Under the pieces are notes generated by a model. That model was not told where the DNA came from and made no database searches. It saw only the letters and a program-made list of their open reading frames with translations. A stretch of 64,000 bases of DNA from Cetorhinus maximus (taxonomy: Eukaryota): positions 8,742,001 to 8,806,000 of the forward strand of contig NC_135888.1 in assembly GCF_964194155.1 (NCBI RefSeq), in the 5' to 3' direction. Each line of letters starts with the position of its first letter. The stretch's first letter is position 1. Made by a program: the position numbers and the translations under genes. Positions 1 through 12,447 of the stretch are shown here, piece after piece.

Positions 1-99
1 AAAATGTACTACTTTGTAACCAAACGTTTGGTCACCCACTGTCACAGTTCACCCACATGCATGCTGCTGACATAAGCTATATTCTAAGCAATATCAGCT

Positions 100-400
100 T
101 AATTCTTGAAACACAAACCCGTGTACTAAAATGTTACACCTGGTCAGTAATGAATTATAGATGTGAGCTTGGAGCATTGGGAAAGAGGAAGAAAAAATCA
201 ACAGCTTTGAAATGTGGCGCTTATGAAGGGCTCTAAGGGTAAGCTGGGTGAAGAAAGAACTAACGAAGAAGCACTGAATGAGGCTGGAAGAACAAGAGAA
301 CTGTTAAATAATATCAAACAAAGACAAGTGGAGTTTTTCAGACATGTTATCCGTGAAGAAGGGTTGGATTAATGGAAGAAGAGCAAGAGGCCGACAGCGC
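100..400 (+). mobile_element. Decayed RTE-type LINE ORF2 C-terminal fragment
   Basis: Frameshifted translation RVLKCYTWSVMNYRCE...INSFEMW..RALRVSWV..RTNEEALNEAG...FFRHVIR resembles the RTE-clade C-terminus. Confidence 0.7.
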
Positions 401-559
401 AGGAAGTAACTCGATAACATTAAAAACTGGTTTAACCAGCACTCCAACAATGAGGCCATCCACTGTTGCTATGATTGGAAAATTTGGAGGACCATGGCTG
501 CCTGTGCCACTCGGCATGACACTTAGACAACAATATTGGCGATGTCCATCTCTGCCACT

Positions 560-800
560 GTCTGCATCATACCCTTTGATCACCTCTAAGCTATCGGATT
601 TCTTGTCCATAAATCCCTCATGCACACCTGTGCAGGCTCCTCCAGCCGATTCTGGCCTTCTATTATTCATTCCCTCTCTTTGCTCTACCAACAGTCATAG
701 AGCCCTCCATGACACTAGTCTTGCTTTCCAGAACACACTCCACCTCTCCAATGTTTTTATTTTAAAAAAGCTTCTCAAACACATCTCTTTGGCTAACTTT
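560..800 (+). mobile_element. Decayed L2 LINE 3' fragment
   Basis: ADSGLLLFIP...T..HRAL...FQNTL...LKKLLKHI resembles the L2 ORF2 end (DSGLLxIP...GxRAF...WNSLP...FKxxLKTHLF). Confidence 0.5.
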
Positions 801-1286
801 CCTGTCCCATTTCCAGGTGGGACTGGCAGAACTTGTAGGATTTGTTGCACCTGCAGAAGTATTCCAGCCATTGTGTGCCTGGTGGGTTGATGGTATATAA
901 AGATAAGTCTAAAAAAGAGCTAACAGTAGTTTGAATCTAAGAAGGAAAATTATAAAAGGAGTGAAAGCGCTTTTCCGATGAAACATATTTGTGTAAATGT
1001 TCATGTTCTTTCTCTGTTGCAAGAAGTGTGAATCGCTACTAACCCAGGTGACAGGCTTATTACTGCACATTTGTTTATGACAGGAACCACACTGTTTTCT
1101 CATTGGCTTTGTCTGGGAAACTTTTATGGAACGTCCAATTGATTTTCTAGTGTTTGCTTGGTAGATGGAGGTTTATTTGTTTCTGTGTCAGAGAAATAAT
1201 GGAATGTTATGACATAGGCTATCCAGAACATTGTAGCATGTGTGACACCTTATTTTTTATTCCTCCCTCTCTTGTGGCTTTTAAAG

Positions 1287-1383
1287 AGCCATTTAGGGAA
1301 TGTGCTTGTGGATATGAAGCTGATCGATTTAAAGGATACTTTACCAGTGGGCTTTATTCCTATTCAGGAAACAATGGACACAC
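1287..1383 (+). CDS. MVB12B: MVB12B internal coding exon (MABP domain): SHLGNVLVDMKLIDLKDTLPVGFIPIQETMDT + 1 nt
   Basis: Pyrimidine tract + ttaaAG acceptor (1285-1286), GTAAGT donor at 1384; 97 nt, phase 0/1. Peptide matches my recollection of vertebrate MVB12B (SHLGNVLVDMKLIDIKDTLPVGFIPIQET). Confidence 0.95.
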
Positions 1384-1976
1384 GTAAGTTATGGGTTTTA
1401 CGTGCTGCAGACATGGTTAAGTAGTATTGGATTTTATCAGATAAAGGCATGTAGCTTTAAAGTTTTGAATTAGGAAAAGTTTATCCCTTATTTCACGGTT
1501 GTTAAAGCACAACAGTAGTTGTAAATTGTTTTTTCACAACCGGAATTAAACCAATCCCCTCTGACTCTGGTGCTGTATCTCGCTCAGAGCAGATTAAGGT
1601 GCAAATTAAGTTCTTCACAAAAATGCATTTGGAAGGAACTGTTTGTAAAAAAAAAAAGCCAGCCTTGCCTGCTATAAAGGTGAGGTCACTTTGACAAGAA
1701 TAACAAAGTATAAAAACCCTAGGGGATGTGAGAAATAGTCACACTTTTCCTTAATTGGTGCAATAGTTTCCCTATTTCATAACCTGTACCATATAGCAAA
1801 TTAACCATTCGAGTGTTTGTGTTATTTATTATAGGGGTATACAATTATATCCATATATCGGGGTAAGCGTGAAGCAGCTGTTTTTTCAATGTTTCAAGCC
1901 ATGGTATGAATCATGCTTAAAAGCAATTTCAATAATAGGTACCTATTTGTACCATTTAAAATTATCTCTTAAATAG

Positions 1977-2106
1977 AAGAGCCAGCTTTCAGGAAGAGAA
2001 GGATGTGCATTAAATTCATTCCTCGTGACTCAACTGAAGCTGCCATTTGTGATGTAAAAATTTATGGCAAATCTAAACAAGCTCCCCCTCAGTATACCTT
2101 CATTGG
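1977..2106 (+). CDS. MVB12B: MVB12B internal coding exon: (Q)EPAFRKRRMCIKFIPRDSTEAAICDVKIYGKSKQAPPQYTFI(G)
   Basis: aaatAG acceptor (1975-1976), GTAAGT donor at 2107; 130 nt. C+AA joins the previous exon in frame. Missed by the ORF track. IKFIPRDSTEAAICD and QAPPQYTFIG recognised as MVB12B. Confidence 0.95.
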
Positions 2107-2299
2107 GTAAGTGACCTTAATTTGATAATCGTACTGTGAAAAATGTGTAAGTGTTGTCTCATTAAAATCATTGTGCTGTTTTACTGCAAGTTTAATTTTG
2201 TCTATTTCAGTGCTGTAAAATGTGGCAGATTGCATTTATCACAATTGGACTGTGTGTGGACGCATGATGGATGCATGATTGATGTATTAGAGCTGAAAA

Positions 2300-2550
2300 T
2301 GAAAACAAAATACAGCAGATGCTGGAAATCTGAAATAAAAACCGAGAATACTGGAAGTACTCTGCAGGTCTGGCAACATCTGTGGAGAGAGAAACAGAGT
2401 TAATGTTTCAGGTCTGTGACCTTACACAGAAAGCTTCAGTAGAAAGGGTTCTGGTAAAAGGTCACAGACCTGAAACTTTAACTCTGTCTGTTTCTTTCCA
2501 TAGACGCTGACAGACCTGCTGAGCATTTCTAGAACCTTATTTCATTTTCA
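2300..2550. mobile_element. Inverted pair of Penelope-like terminal repeats with degenerate hammerhead motifs
   Basis: Left arm (about 2300-2430) is the reverse complement of the right arm (about 2445-2550). Right arm reads AGGGTT-CTGGTAA-A-AGGTC aca GACCT-GAAA-CTTT-AACTCT. Confidence 0.8.
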
Positions 2551-2566
2551 AGTCCATTGTTAATTA

Positions 2567-2917
2567 CAGTGAAATTTCTGTTATCTGGCACTCAACTAAC
2601 TGAATTCTCTATTAACCGGAATTCTGGGGCCGGGTCTGTTTTTTGATTGGAAATATCAAACTCCTAAGAGTTATCGGTGGCCTGTCCTCACCCCGGTCTC
2701 AGCCTCCCACCACTCTGCAACACCACCCCCCCCCACCTTGACACCACTCATTCGATTCACGTGCTCCTGCACCTCTTGAGACCTCAACACCATGTGATCA
2801 TCTTGGAGCATGCTCATTAGATGAACACGCAGGAGTCACCTTAGATCTCAGTTAGCTGACATATTCGGCTAACCGGCGCCTCCCATTCCAGGAGCTGCCA
2901 GACAAGAGATTTTCCTG
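2567..2917. mobile_element. Tc1/mariner-pogo (Tigger-like) MITE, copy A
   Basis: TA|CAGTGAAATTTCTGTTATC...GAGATTTTCCTG|TA. Homologous in opposite orientation to 50547-50881. Confidence 0.8.
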
Positions 2918-3654
2918 TATTTTGTTTTCCTTGCAAGTTAACTTTTTAAAATTCAACCTTCATACTTCATTTGTGTTCTCTGTCTGATTTATGTAAACTT
3001 AATTTTAAGAGCTTCAATGCTTTGTTTTAATTTTGATTCTTTCATTTGTTGATTTTGTATTATGGCAAGAGGTAGTGTTAGATTGCAGTCTAAGAATCTG
3101 ACAAGTAAAAGGTTTTGTTGATTACATTGTAGTTTTATCGGGATTAGGGAACAGTTGATGGGGGAAAAATTGACAGTGCAGTGTATGTACTGTTCCAGAA
3201 TGGCTGTGCTCTTAGATTTTTTGTTTACACAGAAAGTAATAGAGTGACTTTCCTGTTAACTGAAGTCCAGTAATCTTGCAGTGAGGAGTGCTTTTGAATG
3301 AACTCCTTGACAGAGAAAAGCTTAGGATAACTTAACTCTTGCAAAGCCTAATCCCTCAAAACACCCATGGGGTGGGGTGAGGGTGGTGGGTAGGGAGCTA
3401 TCTCTGAGTTGTCACTGAATCTTATGTCTTATCCTTCTGCAGGAGGGCAGTTAATTCTGAATTGTGGGCAATGGTGACCAAGCCTTCTAAGCATAGGCTT
3501 CAAACAACACATTGTAATGATTAGCACTATTGTACAGTAAATGATTTATTAAACTACCATAATATGAAGCAATCTTAATCCACGGATGGGTGGAAATATG
3601 GTGACTAGTCAACTACTCTACCATCTTCTCCAAAGCCTTATTGTCCTGTTGCAT

Positions 3655-5208
3655 TTATACGAACATATGAATTAGGAGCAGGAGTAGGCCTCTTGGCCCC
3701 TCGAGCCTGCACCGCCATTCGATAAGCTGATCTGAATGTAACCTGAACCCCATATTCCTGCCTACCCCCGATAACCTTTCACCCCCCTTGTTAATCAAGA
3801 ATCCATCTAACTCAGCCTTAAAAATATTCAAAAGACTCTTGATTCCACTGCCTTTTGAGGGAGAGAGTTCCAAAGGCTCACTACCCTTTGAGAGAGAACA
3901 TTTCTCCTCATCTTTGTCTTAAATGAGCGAGCCCTTATTTTTAAACAGTGACCCCTAGTTCTAGATACTCCCACAAGAGGAAACATCCTCTCACGTTCAC
4001 CCTGTCAAGACCCCTCAGGATCTTAAAGGTTTCAATTAAGTCACCTCTTACTGTTCTAAATTCCAGTGGATACAAGCCTAACTTGTCCAGCCTTTCCTCA
4101 TAAGACAACCCGCCCATTCCTGGTATTAGTCTAGTAAACCTTCTCTGAACTGTTAACGCATTTACATCTTCCTTTAAATAAGTAGACCAGTACTATACAT
4201 AACACTCCAGATGTAGTCTCACCAATGCTCTGTACAACTGAAGCATAATCTCCCTACTTTTGTAATCAATTCCCCTCACGATAAAAGATAACATTCCATT
4301 AGCTTTCCTAATTACCTGCGTACTAACCTTTTGTGATTCATGCACTAGGATATCCAGATCCTTTTGAATCTGAGCTCTGCAATCTCTCACCACTTAGATA
4401 ATAAGCTTCCTTTTTATTCTTCCTGCCAAAATGAACAATTTAACATTTGCCCACATTATACTCCATTTGCCAGATCTTCAGCACTCACTTAACCTATCTG
4501 TGTCACTTTATAGCGTCCTTACACCCTCTTCACAATTTACTTTCCTACCTATTTTTGAGTCATCAGCAAATTTAGCAACCATTCCTTCAGTTCCTTGATC
4601 CAAGTCATTTATATAACTTGTAAAAAGTTGAGGCCCCAGCACTGATCCCTGTAGCACAACACTCATGACATCCTGCCAACCAGAAAAAGACCCATTTATG
4701 CAAACTCTCTGCTTCCTGTTAGCTAACCAATCTTCTATCCATGCCAATATGTTACCCCCACACCATGAGCTTTTATTTTCTGTAGTAACCTTTTATGTGG
4801 CACTTTATCAAATGCCTTCTGGAAATCGAAGTATAGTAAATCCACCTTTTATCCACAGCACATGTGACTCCTTCAAAGAACTTCAATAAATTAGTTAAAC
4901 ATGATTTCCCTTTTACAAAACCATGTTGACTCTGCCTGATTACCTTGAATTTTTTCTAAGGTGCCCTGCTATAACATCTTTAATAATAGCTTCTAACATC
5001 TTTGCTATGACAGATGTTAGGCTAACTGGTTTCCTGCTTCCTGTCTTCCTCCCTCTTGGAATAAAGCAATCATATTTGCTATTTTCCAATCTAATGAAAC
5101 TTTCCCTGAATCTAGGGAATTTTGGAAAATTAAAATTAAAACCAGTGCATCAACTATCCCACTAGCCACTTCTTTCAAGACCTTAGGGTGAAGTCCATCT
5201 GGACCTGA
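3655..5208 (-). mobile_element. 5'-truncated CR1 LINE (RT domain to 3' UTR), frameshifted
   Basis: Minus-strand ORFs WIEDWLANRKQRV...QGSVLGPQLF..YINDLD...KFADD and KANGMLSFI...LYRALVRLHLE; typical CR1 3' tail. Confidence 0.93.
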
Positions 5209-5529
5209 TATGGATGATGCACAGAAATTTCCATTTGTTCAATAAATGTGTTGAATTTCCAGTGTAATAGAGGAGTAGGATATCCATACTGTGTGATTGA
5301 TCTTTGAGCCTCAGCCTATAATTCCACACCCACCTACATTCTCATTTGACTGTGCATGTGAACCGGAATCAGGACTCAGGAATTGTCTGAGTGGAAAGTG
5401 GAACTCTTCTGCAGGTTTGCAACAAGGTGATGTGAAACGTTGCCAATTGCAATTGTGCCGATTCATGTAAATTTTTTTTTTAAAAAAACTTCCCCGATCA
5501 CAAAACCAAACACCATCTCACTCTTTTCC

Positions 5530-5643
5530 CCCTACGGCGGGAGTTTCCGCACCCGCCCGCCGCTGCGATCTTCTGGTCCCGCCGCAAGTCAGTGGACTTC
5601 TGGCTGGGGCACCGCCTCGCTCGTTAGAAAACCCCGGCCCTAG
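5530..5643. mobile_element. GC-rich non-autonomous DNA-transposon (MITE-like) fragment
   Basis: Abrupt CpG-rich island (cggcgggagtttcc...ggtcccgccg...aaaaccccggccc|ta) in AT-rich intron; family not identified. Confidence 0.45.
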
Positions 5644-7952
5644 TCTTTGTGCCTATTAAAGCGTGTACAAGATTTCCTGATACAATTAAATTTAGAAAAT
5701 ATATTTCAGCACCTTTACTGCTAACCTTTGAAGCATGCGCCATGGAGGCACAAAAATGCAACCAATTGTTCTCCGTCCCTATGAGTCAAAAAAGTCAGTT
5801 TTATCACAGCAGATATTTGAGTACCACTGCTATTAACTTTAAATGCTCTGTGACGCAACTCTGTGGTACATCCAACTACAGGATGTTTCAAATCATTATC
5901 ATACTGGTTGATAGCAGTAGCATTCCCCATTTTCCACACGTTCTAGCACCACCGGCATGATTGAAGATCAGAATCACCTTAATCACGGAGCCCTTGCCAT
6001 TGATCAGATATTCAAAGATAGCAATTATGTATGTGATAGTCTCCTGTCTGTAACTAGAGACCCTCACACAATTACAACAGCCAGAGTTTCTCTGTGACTG
6101 TAAGAAGTGTCTGGTTTTCACAATATAATGTGCTATTTAACCTAATTAATTCCACTTCAATTCAGACCAATATTTTATTAATTAAACTCAACACAGAACA
6201 GATTTTAAAAAACCCAAAATAGCACGTTCTTACAAAAATCCCAATAAATTAGGTAATCTTCTTTCTTCAGGTGACTTTCCAAATGACCGTAATATAACTT
6301 AAGAAAAAGCTAGGTTTAGTTTCATTGTGAAAACTGTGTAGCTCAAATAGGAAAAGAAGGTGGAGCTGCATCCAGTGCCATCAAAATATTCACATAGACT
6401 TTTTAATGAGACCATACACTGAAATCTTGTAGCTTTTAATAGTAAAAAAGGGACGGAACCTTTTTATTTTCTTTCTTTCTTTCTTTCTTTGTGCCATTAT
6501 AGACTAATTTAGCCTTTTTCTCTCAAACCTGATGTTTGTTACTCAACTTCATTTGTAAATTTGTAAAACGTACTGGTTACCCTACTGAGTCCTGAGAAAT
6601 GGACCAATGTTATCAATCTGCAAATTTCTCTCACCCTTCTTGGGCCCACTGAAGGTGATTGGGGCACAAACCAAATGCCTTGACAAAGTAACAAGTTATC
6701 CTGTACTGCAAAATGTTACTTCTGTTGAAGGCACCTTTTGGCCCATGATGACCACCTGGACTGATTTGATCCAAGAGTCCTCACCTTGCACCACAGCAAG
6801 ATCTAAAGAGGGTGTTTCACTTTGAATGTTATTTATCTGGCCCTGGAGGATGATGGTTCCCTTCGTTGTAGCACAGTCTCAAACATCATGACCAGCTGAT
6901 CTGGCTTTCCGCTCTCTCTGGCCGGGGGACAGGATTTTAGAATGAGCTCGGACTATAACTATCCCTAAAGATTGTTACTCCCTTTCAATCTCTGCTAGAA
7001 TGCACTGGATTTTAGAGAAAACGAACCTGAGGGCTATCTTTGAATGTGCAATTAGATTCATACACCGATTATTTGTGCCATTCATTTTTCTTTCTCTTTT
7101 TTGTAATCCTTTCTTCTCCCTTCTCGCTTTACATTTTAACACTGATTAAATCAGTCACACTTTAGCTAAATACTATCAGCTTTCCCTGTGCCCACTTTAT
7201 TTAAGTTATTCAATTAGCCACAACAGTTAGTAATGAGAGTAGGATAGGGGAAGAGATGCTGGAGAAGCTGCAAGTCAGGAGAGCACAAGAGAATTCAAGA
7301 GTAGAATAAGATAATTAAAATTAACATACCAATGTATTAAGAGATCCCAAAATGTTTCTTAAGTGATAGGAAATTGGGTTAAGAAGGAAAGAGGAGATTT
7401 CTGAGGAGTTGATGGGCTCATTGTGAAAATCAGTAATTTTTTTTTGTAAGATTATAATTTTTTTCTGTTTATTGAGGAATGAATGTTAGCATTGAATCAA
7501 TGAGCATATCGTATTCATGGAATTAAAACAAAGGCTTAGTTGGAATTGTTTTTCTTTAGACTATATTTTATAAGAATATATTGCTGAAAAAGATGACTGC
7601 CTATCATACATAATCATAACCACAGAAATAAAACCAAATATTCTTTGATTTCTTTATTCCAAATGGCCGTTAAAAGTTTGCAAGATAAGTAGAAATCTTC
7701 TGGAGATTATTGGTCATTAATACTAAATTGTTGGCGTAGACCAATAACTGAATTTTAGAATACACTTTTGACCTAAATTTGTTGACTATAAATGATGTAT
7801 TTTTATATTTCTCCAATTTCAGCATCAGTGCTCTAAGAATTCTAGACTCTTGGGCTGATGCGGTGGGATGGCCCACAGAATTGGGTATTGGCAGGTTGTG
7901 AAGTCGGGTCAAGATCAGGTTTTCCTGCAGCACTATGATATCACAAGCTGAT

Positions 7953-8400
7953 GTGTCTGCTGTGGCTCAGTTGGTAACACTTGCCTCTTGGCCAAAAGGC
8001 TGTGGTTCAAGCCCCACCCCTGAGACCAGCGCAAAATCTATGCTGTTGCTCCAGTGCTGCACTGAGGGAGTGCTGCACTGTTGGAGATGCCGTCTTTCAG
8101 ATGTGACAGTAAACTGTCCGCCTCTCAGGTTGGGCATAAAAGATCCCATGACACTATTTTGGAGAAGAACAGATGGGTTCTTCCCGGTGTCAAGATTAGT
8201 ATTTATAGCTCAATTCATATCACTAAAACAGATTATTAGGTCACTGTCATAATGGTGTTTGTGGGAGTGTGCTGTGCACAAATTGGTTACCACATTTCCT
8301 ACATTACAACAGTGACTACACTCAAAATTACTTCATTAATTGTAAAGTGCGTTTGAGCCATCCTGAGAACATGAAAAGCTTAGTAAGTGCAAGCCTTTTC
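7953..8400 (+). mobile_element. tRNA-derived Deu-domain SINE (SacSINE1/AmnSINE1-like)
   Basis: A box TGGCTCAGTTGG (7963), B box GGTTCAAGCCC (8004), Deu-like core taaaagatcccatgacactattttggagaag, tail ...aagtgcaag. Several homologous copies in the window. Confidence 0.8.
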
Positions 8401-8689
8401 TGCTTTCATGCTTAGTGCATTAAAAATGCTGGAAATTCACAGCAGGTAAATCAGCATCTGAAAGAAAAGTGTCAGTGTTTCAGATGTGACCCTTTACCAA
8501 TAATCTATTTAGAAGTCTGGCTGAGAATATAAAAATTCTGATAACTTGAGTGAGAATGTTGTGGTTTAGCCTATCATGACACTGGTCTTGCATTCCCTGG
8601 ACTGTAAAATGTTTTTGGTTTCAGTAAAGATAGTGATACTGATTATTTTTATTTCCAAAAGAATATAACTTGCTTTGTGTAATTTTTAG

Positions 8690-8818
8690 AGAATTGAACA
8701 GCATGGGAGTCTGGTACAGAATGGGAAAGGTTCCTCGGACACAAGAGTTGTCAACGACAGCGACAACTACAGCCCTGACATCCTCATCTTCACCAGGTCC
8801 TGCTCCTAACCTCCCCAG
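8690..8818 (+). CDS. MVB12B: MVB12B internal coding exon: (G)ELNSMGVWYRMGKVPRTQELSTTATTTALTSSSSPGPAPNLP(R)
   Basis: tttttAG acceptor (8688-8689), GTACTG donor at 8819; 129 nt, phase 2/2. GG+A continues the frame. End of MABP domain followed by an S/T/P-rich linker. Confidence 0.95.
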
Positions 8819-10629
8819 GTACTGCTGTATAAAAATGATGGGGGTTATTGATCAGTCATTTGTGGGAAGAATTTCCTGATTTAAATCTTAATACTGTAGC
8901 CTTTTTAATTTTTTAACATTTGTTATGGGAGCAAACACAGGATTTCTAGTGGTAAACCGGCACTGTGGGTTTTGTGGGGCCTTTCCCGAAGTGAAAATTG
9001 TCAGTGTGCACAATGCTGAACTTTGCACACCAATTATTGTGAAGTCAGGGCAGAGGTGAAGACAGGAGCCAGCTCAGAGCCTCCTCCACTCTGGTTTTCC
9101 TCTGTTCTTGACCTTTTCTTCCCTTTAGCTGCCAAGGGAAGTGACATTTCCATTGAAAACATTTTGGAGGACAGCCACTCAGCATTTCCATGCAACAGTC
9201 AACCTGAGGTTGAACCTCAGGTCACTTGTCATTTGTGACCTGAACTGTCACGTTGGTGTTCCAGTTCACTGTCATAATGAAAGATATTGTTTGCTAAGTA
9301 ACTTTCCTAGAAGATCTCTTGCACCGTTGCTCATAGTGACATTGTTCCACAGTGGGGGGAGATTGCTGGTTGTGGAGTGCTGAATATAATCATTGAAAGG
9401 GCTTGTGTGAAATTAGGCTTTGTTGAGACCAAGAAGTAAATGTTTAAAATTTCTAAAGAACCTGTTGATTTTTTTTAGAGCCAGGACACGTCCTAGAGCC
9501 CTATATTTATATACAATATGGTGGGGTCATATAATATGATGCCACTCAGCTAAGGTGCACATAGAAACTTTTTAACTTTTGTTAGTGATGCTGTTAATCT
9601 ATCATCTAATTCAGTTACAGCTCAGAAGTTCATGAATAATATTGTTTCGCTTCTGTACAAAACAAAATCCAATTACCTTCACTCTTCATAATTTTCCTGG
9701 CTGTGAGTGCTTACGATTCTTTTCCGGTACTAGACATGGGGAGAGGGGGATCTTTGCAGGCATAGAATTATGCCAGTTTGGAAGTGGTATCTTCAAATTG
9801 TGGTGGTCCACATTAGGCTTGGAAGGGAAGCAGTTCTAATTTGCCCTCTGAAGTCAAAATGGAGAGGAACAGTTTTTTGTGTTTGACTTGGATCATAGAT
9901 AGTCAGGAGGAGCTAAAATATTAACAGAGACAAAACAGACAACAAATACCAAATTTTAAGCACCACCCAAGCAGACCCAATTGAGTCCTAGGGTTACGGA
10001 TTCTTTATTTTAATTTTGCTTTAAAATGCATTGGCAGGTTTTTCTACATGCTGTATAATTGCAAGTTGATTTTAAATGTTACTTCCATATGTATAGTTTC
10101 ATCCACCTTTAAAATCCTTCAGAAAGGTGGCTCAAAGCAAGTTGACAAATTTATTTGCATAATTTAATTGAATTGTTTCTGCCAGTTGTCAGTTTGGGAT
10201 TGATAGCATTGGGGTGCTGGAAGGTAGGACTAAGTGGTTTGGTTGCTTAGTGTTTTTTCTGCACCAAGTACTATTGAGTTTCCTTTCCCCTGCCCCCAAT
10301 GCCCACTACTCGAGAACCATCCTGCAGAGCAAGGATGATCCCATCTTGTTTTATTACCAAACTTCATATTAAACCTTTGCTCCCACCCCTCCACACCCAC
10401 TTCCAATTAATAAGTGCAAGGAGCTCATTGAGATTTTTGTTATTAAGATTGAGACCATCTGTTCAGAGGCCTCTGCAATCTCCCTCCATCGTTGCCCTGA
10501 ACTTGCCTTTTTCCAATTCTTCTCCTGTCTCACTTCATGCCATTTGTGAGCTTATCTTGTGTATGAGACCAACTCCTGCTCCCTTGACCCAATTCTCACT
10601 TAACTGTTGATCATCCAAATTCCCCATTT

Positions 10630-10970
10630 TAAAAAAAAATGTGTTCTTGGGATGTGGACGTCACTTACAAGGCCAGAATTGATGCCCTTGAGAAGGTAGT
10701 GGTGAGCCACTTTCTTGAATTGTTGCAGCCCATATGGTGTAGGTACACACACACAGCGCTTTGATCTGTGATGGTTTAATATAACTGAGTGGCTCACTAC
10801 ACCATTTCAGAGGGCAGTTAAGAGTCAAGCACATTGCTGTGAATCTGGAGTCATGTGTCGTAAGGATGGCAAATTTCCTCCCTTAAAGGTCATTAGGGAC
10901 CCGACTGGTAGTTTCATGATCATTATTAATGAGTCTAGCCCTCAATTCCAGATTTATTAATTGATTGAAT
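10630..10970 (-). mobile_element. tRNA-derived SINE (second family) or SINE/LINE-tail chimera, partial
   Basis: Reverse complement matches the body of 11182-11505 and the 3' tail of the LINE at 51076-52012. Confidence 0.75.
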
Positions 10971-11181
10971 TCCTGGCCTGCATAAAAGCTGCTGTAAATG
11001 GCTCCTTTTTAAAGCTGCTGTCCTCCTCCCTTTCAAAACTGCTGTCATTACATCCTCCTCAAAAAGGCCACCCTTGATCCCTTTGAACTGGCAAACTGTT
11101 ACCTCACCTCATCTACAACCTCTTATTCAATTCCAAAGTTGTCTCCCAAATCCACAACTCTGTTTTACTCTCTTCAATCAT

Positions 11182-11505
11182 GGGGAGGTGGTGGAGTAGT
11201 GGTATTGTCACTGGACTGGTAATCCAGAGACCCAGGGTAATACCCGGTTTCAATCCCACCATGACAGATGGTGGAATTTGAATTCAGTAAAAATCTGGAA
11301 TTAAAAGTGAAAGTAATGACCATGAAACCATTGTCGATTGTTGTAAAACCCCATCTGGTTCACTGGCGTCCTTACCTGGCCTGGCCTACATGTGACCCCA
11401 GACCCACAGCAATGTGGTTGACTCTGAACAAGGACAGTTAGGAATGGGCAATAAATGCTTGCCTAACCAGTGATGCCAACATCCCATGATCAAATTTTTA
11501 AAAAA
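11182..11505 (+). mobile_element. tRNA-derived SINE (second family), near full length
   Basis: GGGGAGGTGGTGGAGTAGTGG (A box), GGTTTCAATCCC (B box), tail gggcaataaatgcttgcctaaccagtgatgccaacatcccatga + A-rich end. Confidence 0.85.
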
Positions 11506-12447
11506 AATCAAGGTTCCATTGAAAGGCCTAAATAAGAGTCTCAAATAATATATTCTGTAGTTGTTACCCTTTGACATCTCTGCAAGCTTTGAGATGGTCA
11601 ATCATAACATCATTCTCAGGCACCCCTTCTCCGTTATCCATTTCAGTAGGACTACTCCTGCTTGGCTCTACTAACCTATACAGTCACAGCCAAAAATTCT
11701 CAAAAGAACTATTCTTGACCAACTCACTTCCTTACCTATGTGTACCCCTTGGCGACATCAATCAAAGAGGTTGTTATCCACATGTAAGGATTACAACTTC
11801 ACCTTTTGTCTCGACACTTCTATTATCCCTGTGTTGTAAGACTGTGTTTGTAAGTCAACATCCAGTCTTGGATGAGCCACAGTTTCCTTCAGTTTAATTT
11901 TGGGAAGATCAAAGCCATTGTTTTCAGCCCCATAACAAACTCCATGCCCTCCCCAGTGGTTTCGGGTTGAAATGGACTGTTTACAACCTTGACGTTATAT
12001 TTGACCCTGAGCCGAAGCTTCCAATCCCATATTCTCTGTCAGAATGACCACCTGCTTCCATTTCTGTAAAGTCATCTGTCTCCAAGTCTCCCGCAGCCTG
12101 TTTGCTGCTGTAACTCCCATCCTTGCCTTGGCACTTCCAGATTCAACTATTCCAGTGCTTTCCTAGCCAGCCAAGCTACACATTTCAGTTCATTCAGAGC
12201 TCTACTGCCCACGTCATATCTCACTCACTGATCACCCTGTACTTGTTGACATACGTTGGCAATGTAAATGTAAAATTCTCACCTTTATCTTTTCTTGCTC
12301 CCCCGTCCCCTAAATTCCAGAAGCAGTAGCTTTACTATACTTTTGAGGTGTGTACCATGGAAATTAATCGTCCCAGGGACACTATACTAGCTTACGTAAC
12401 AGCTGCTGATTCACCGCAAGCTTTTTTTGATATTGAATTTACAATTG

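Larger units (their letters stand above)
10480..12300 (+). mobile_element. Old L2 LINE RT region, interrupted by two SINEs
   Basis: Fragments resembling MRPT.C.LDPI..., FKTAVI..LLKKATLDP..LAN and .LDISA.F..V.H resume on each side of the SINEs at 10630-10970 and 11182-11505. Confidence 0.7.

Noticed and set aside
372-890. 172-aa ORF upstream of the first exon as an MVB12B exon
   Set aside because: No resemblance to the MVB12B N-terminus; overlaps RTE and L2 fossils.
7953-8030. tRNA gene
   Set aside because: A and B boxes run on into a SINE body; no intact cloverleaf. The same applies to 11182-11260.
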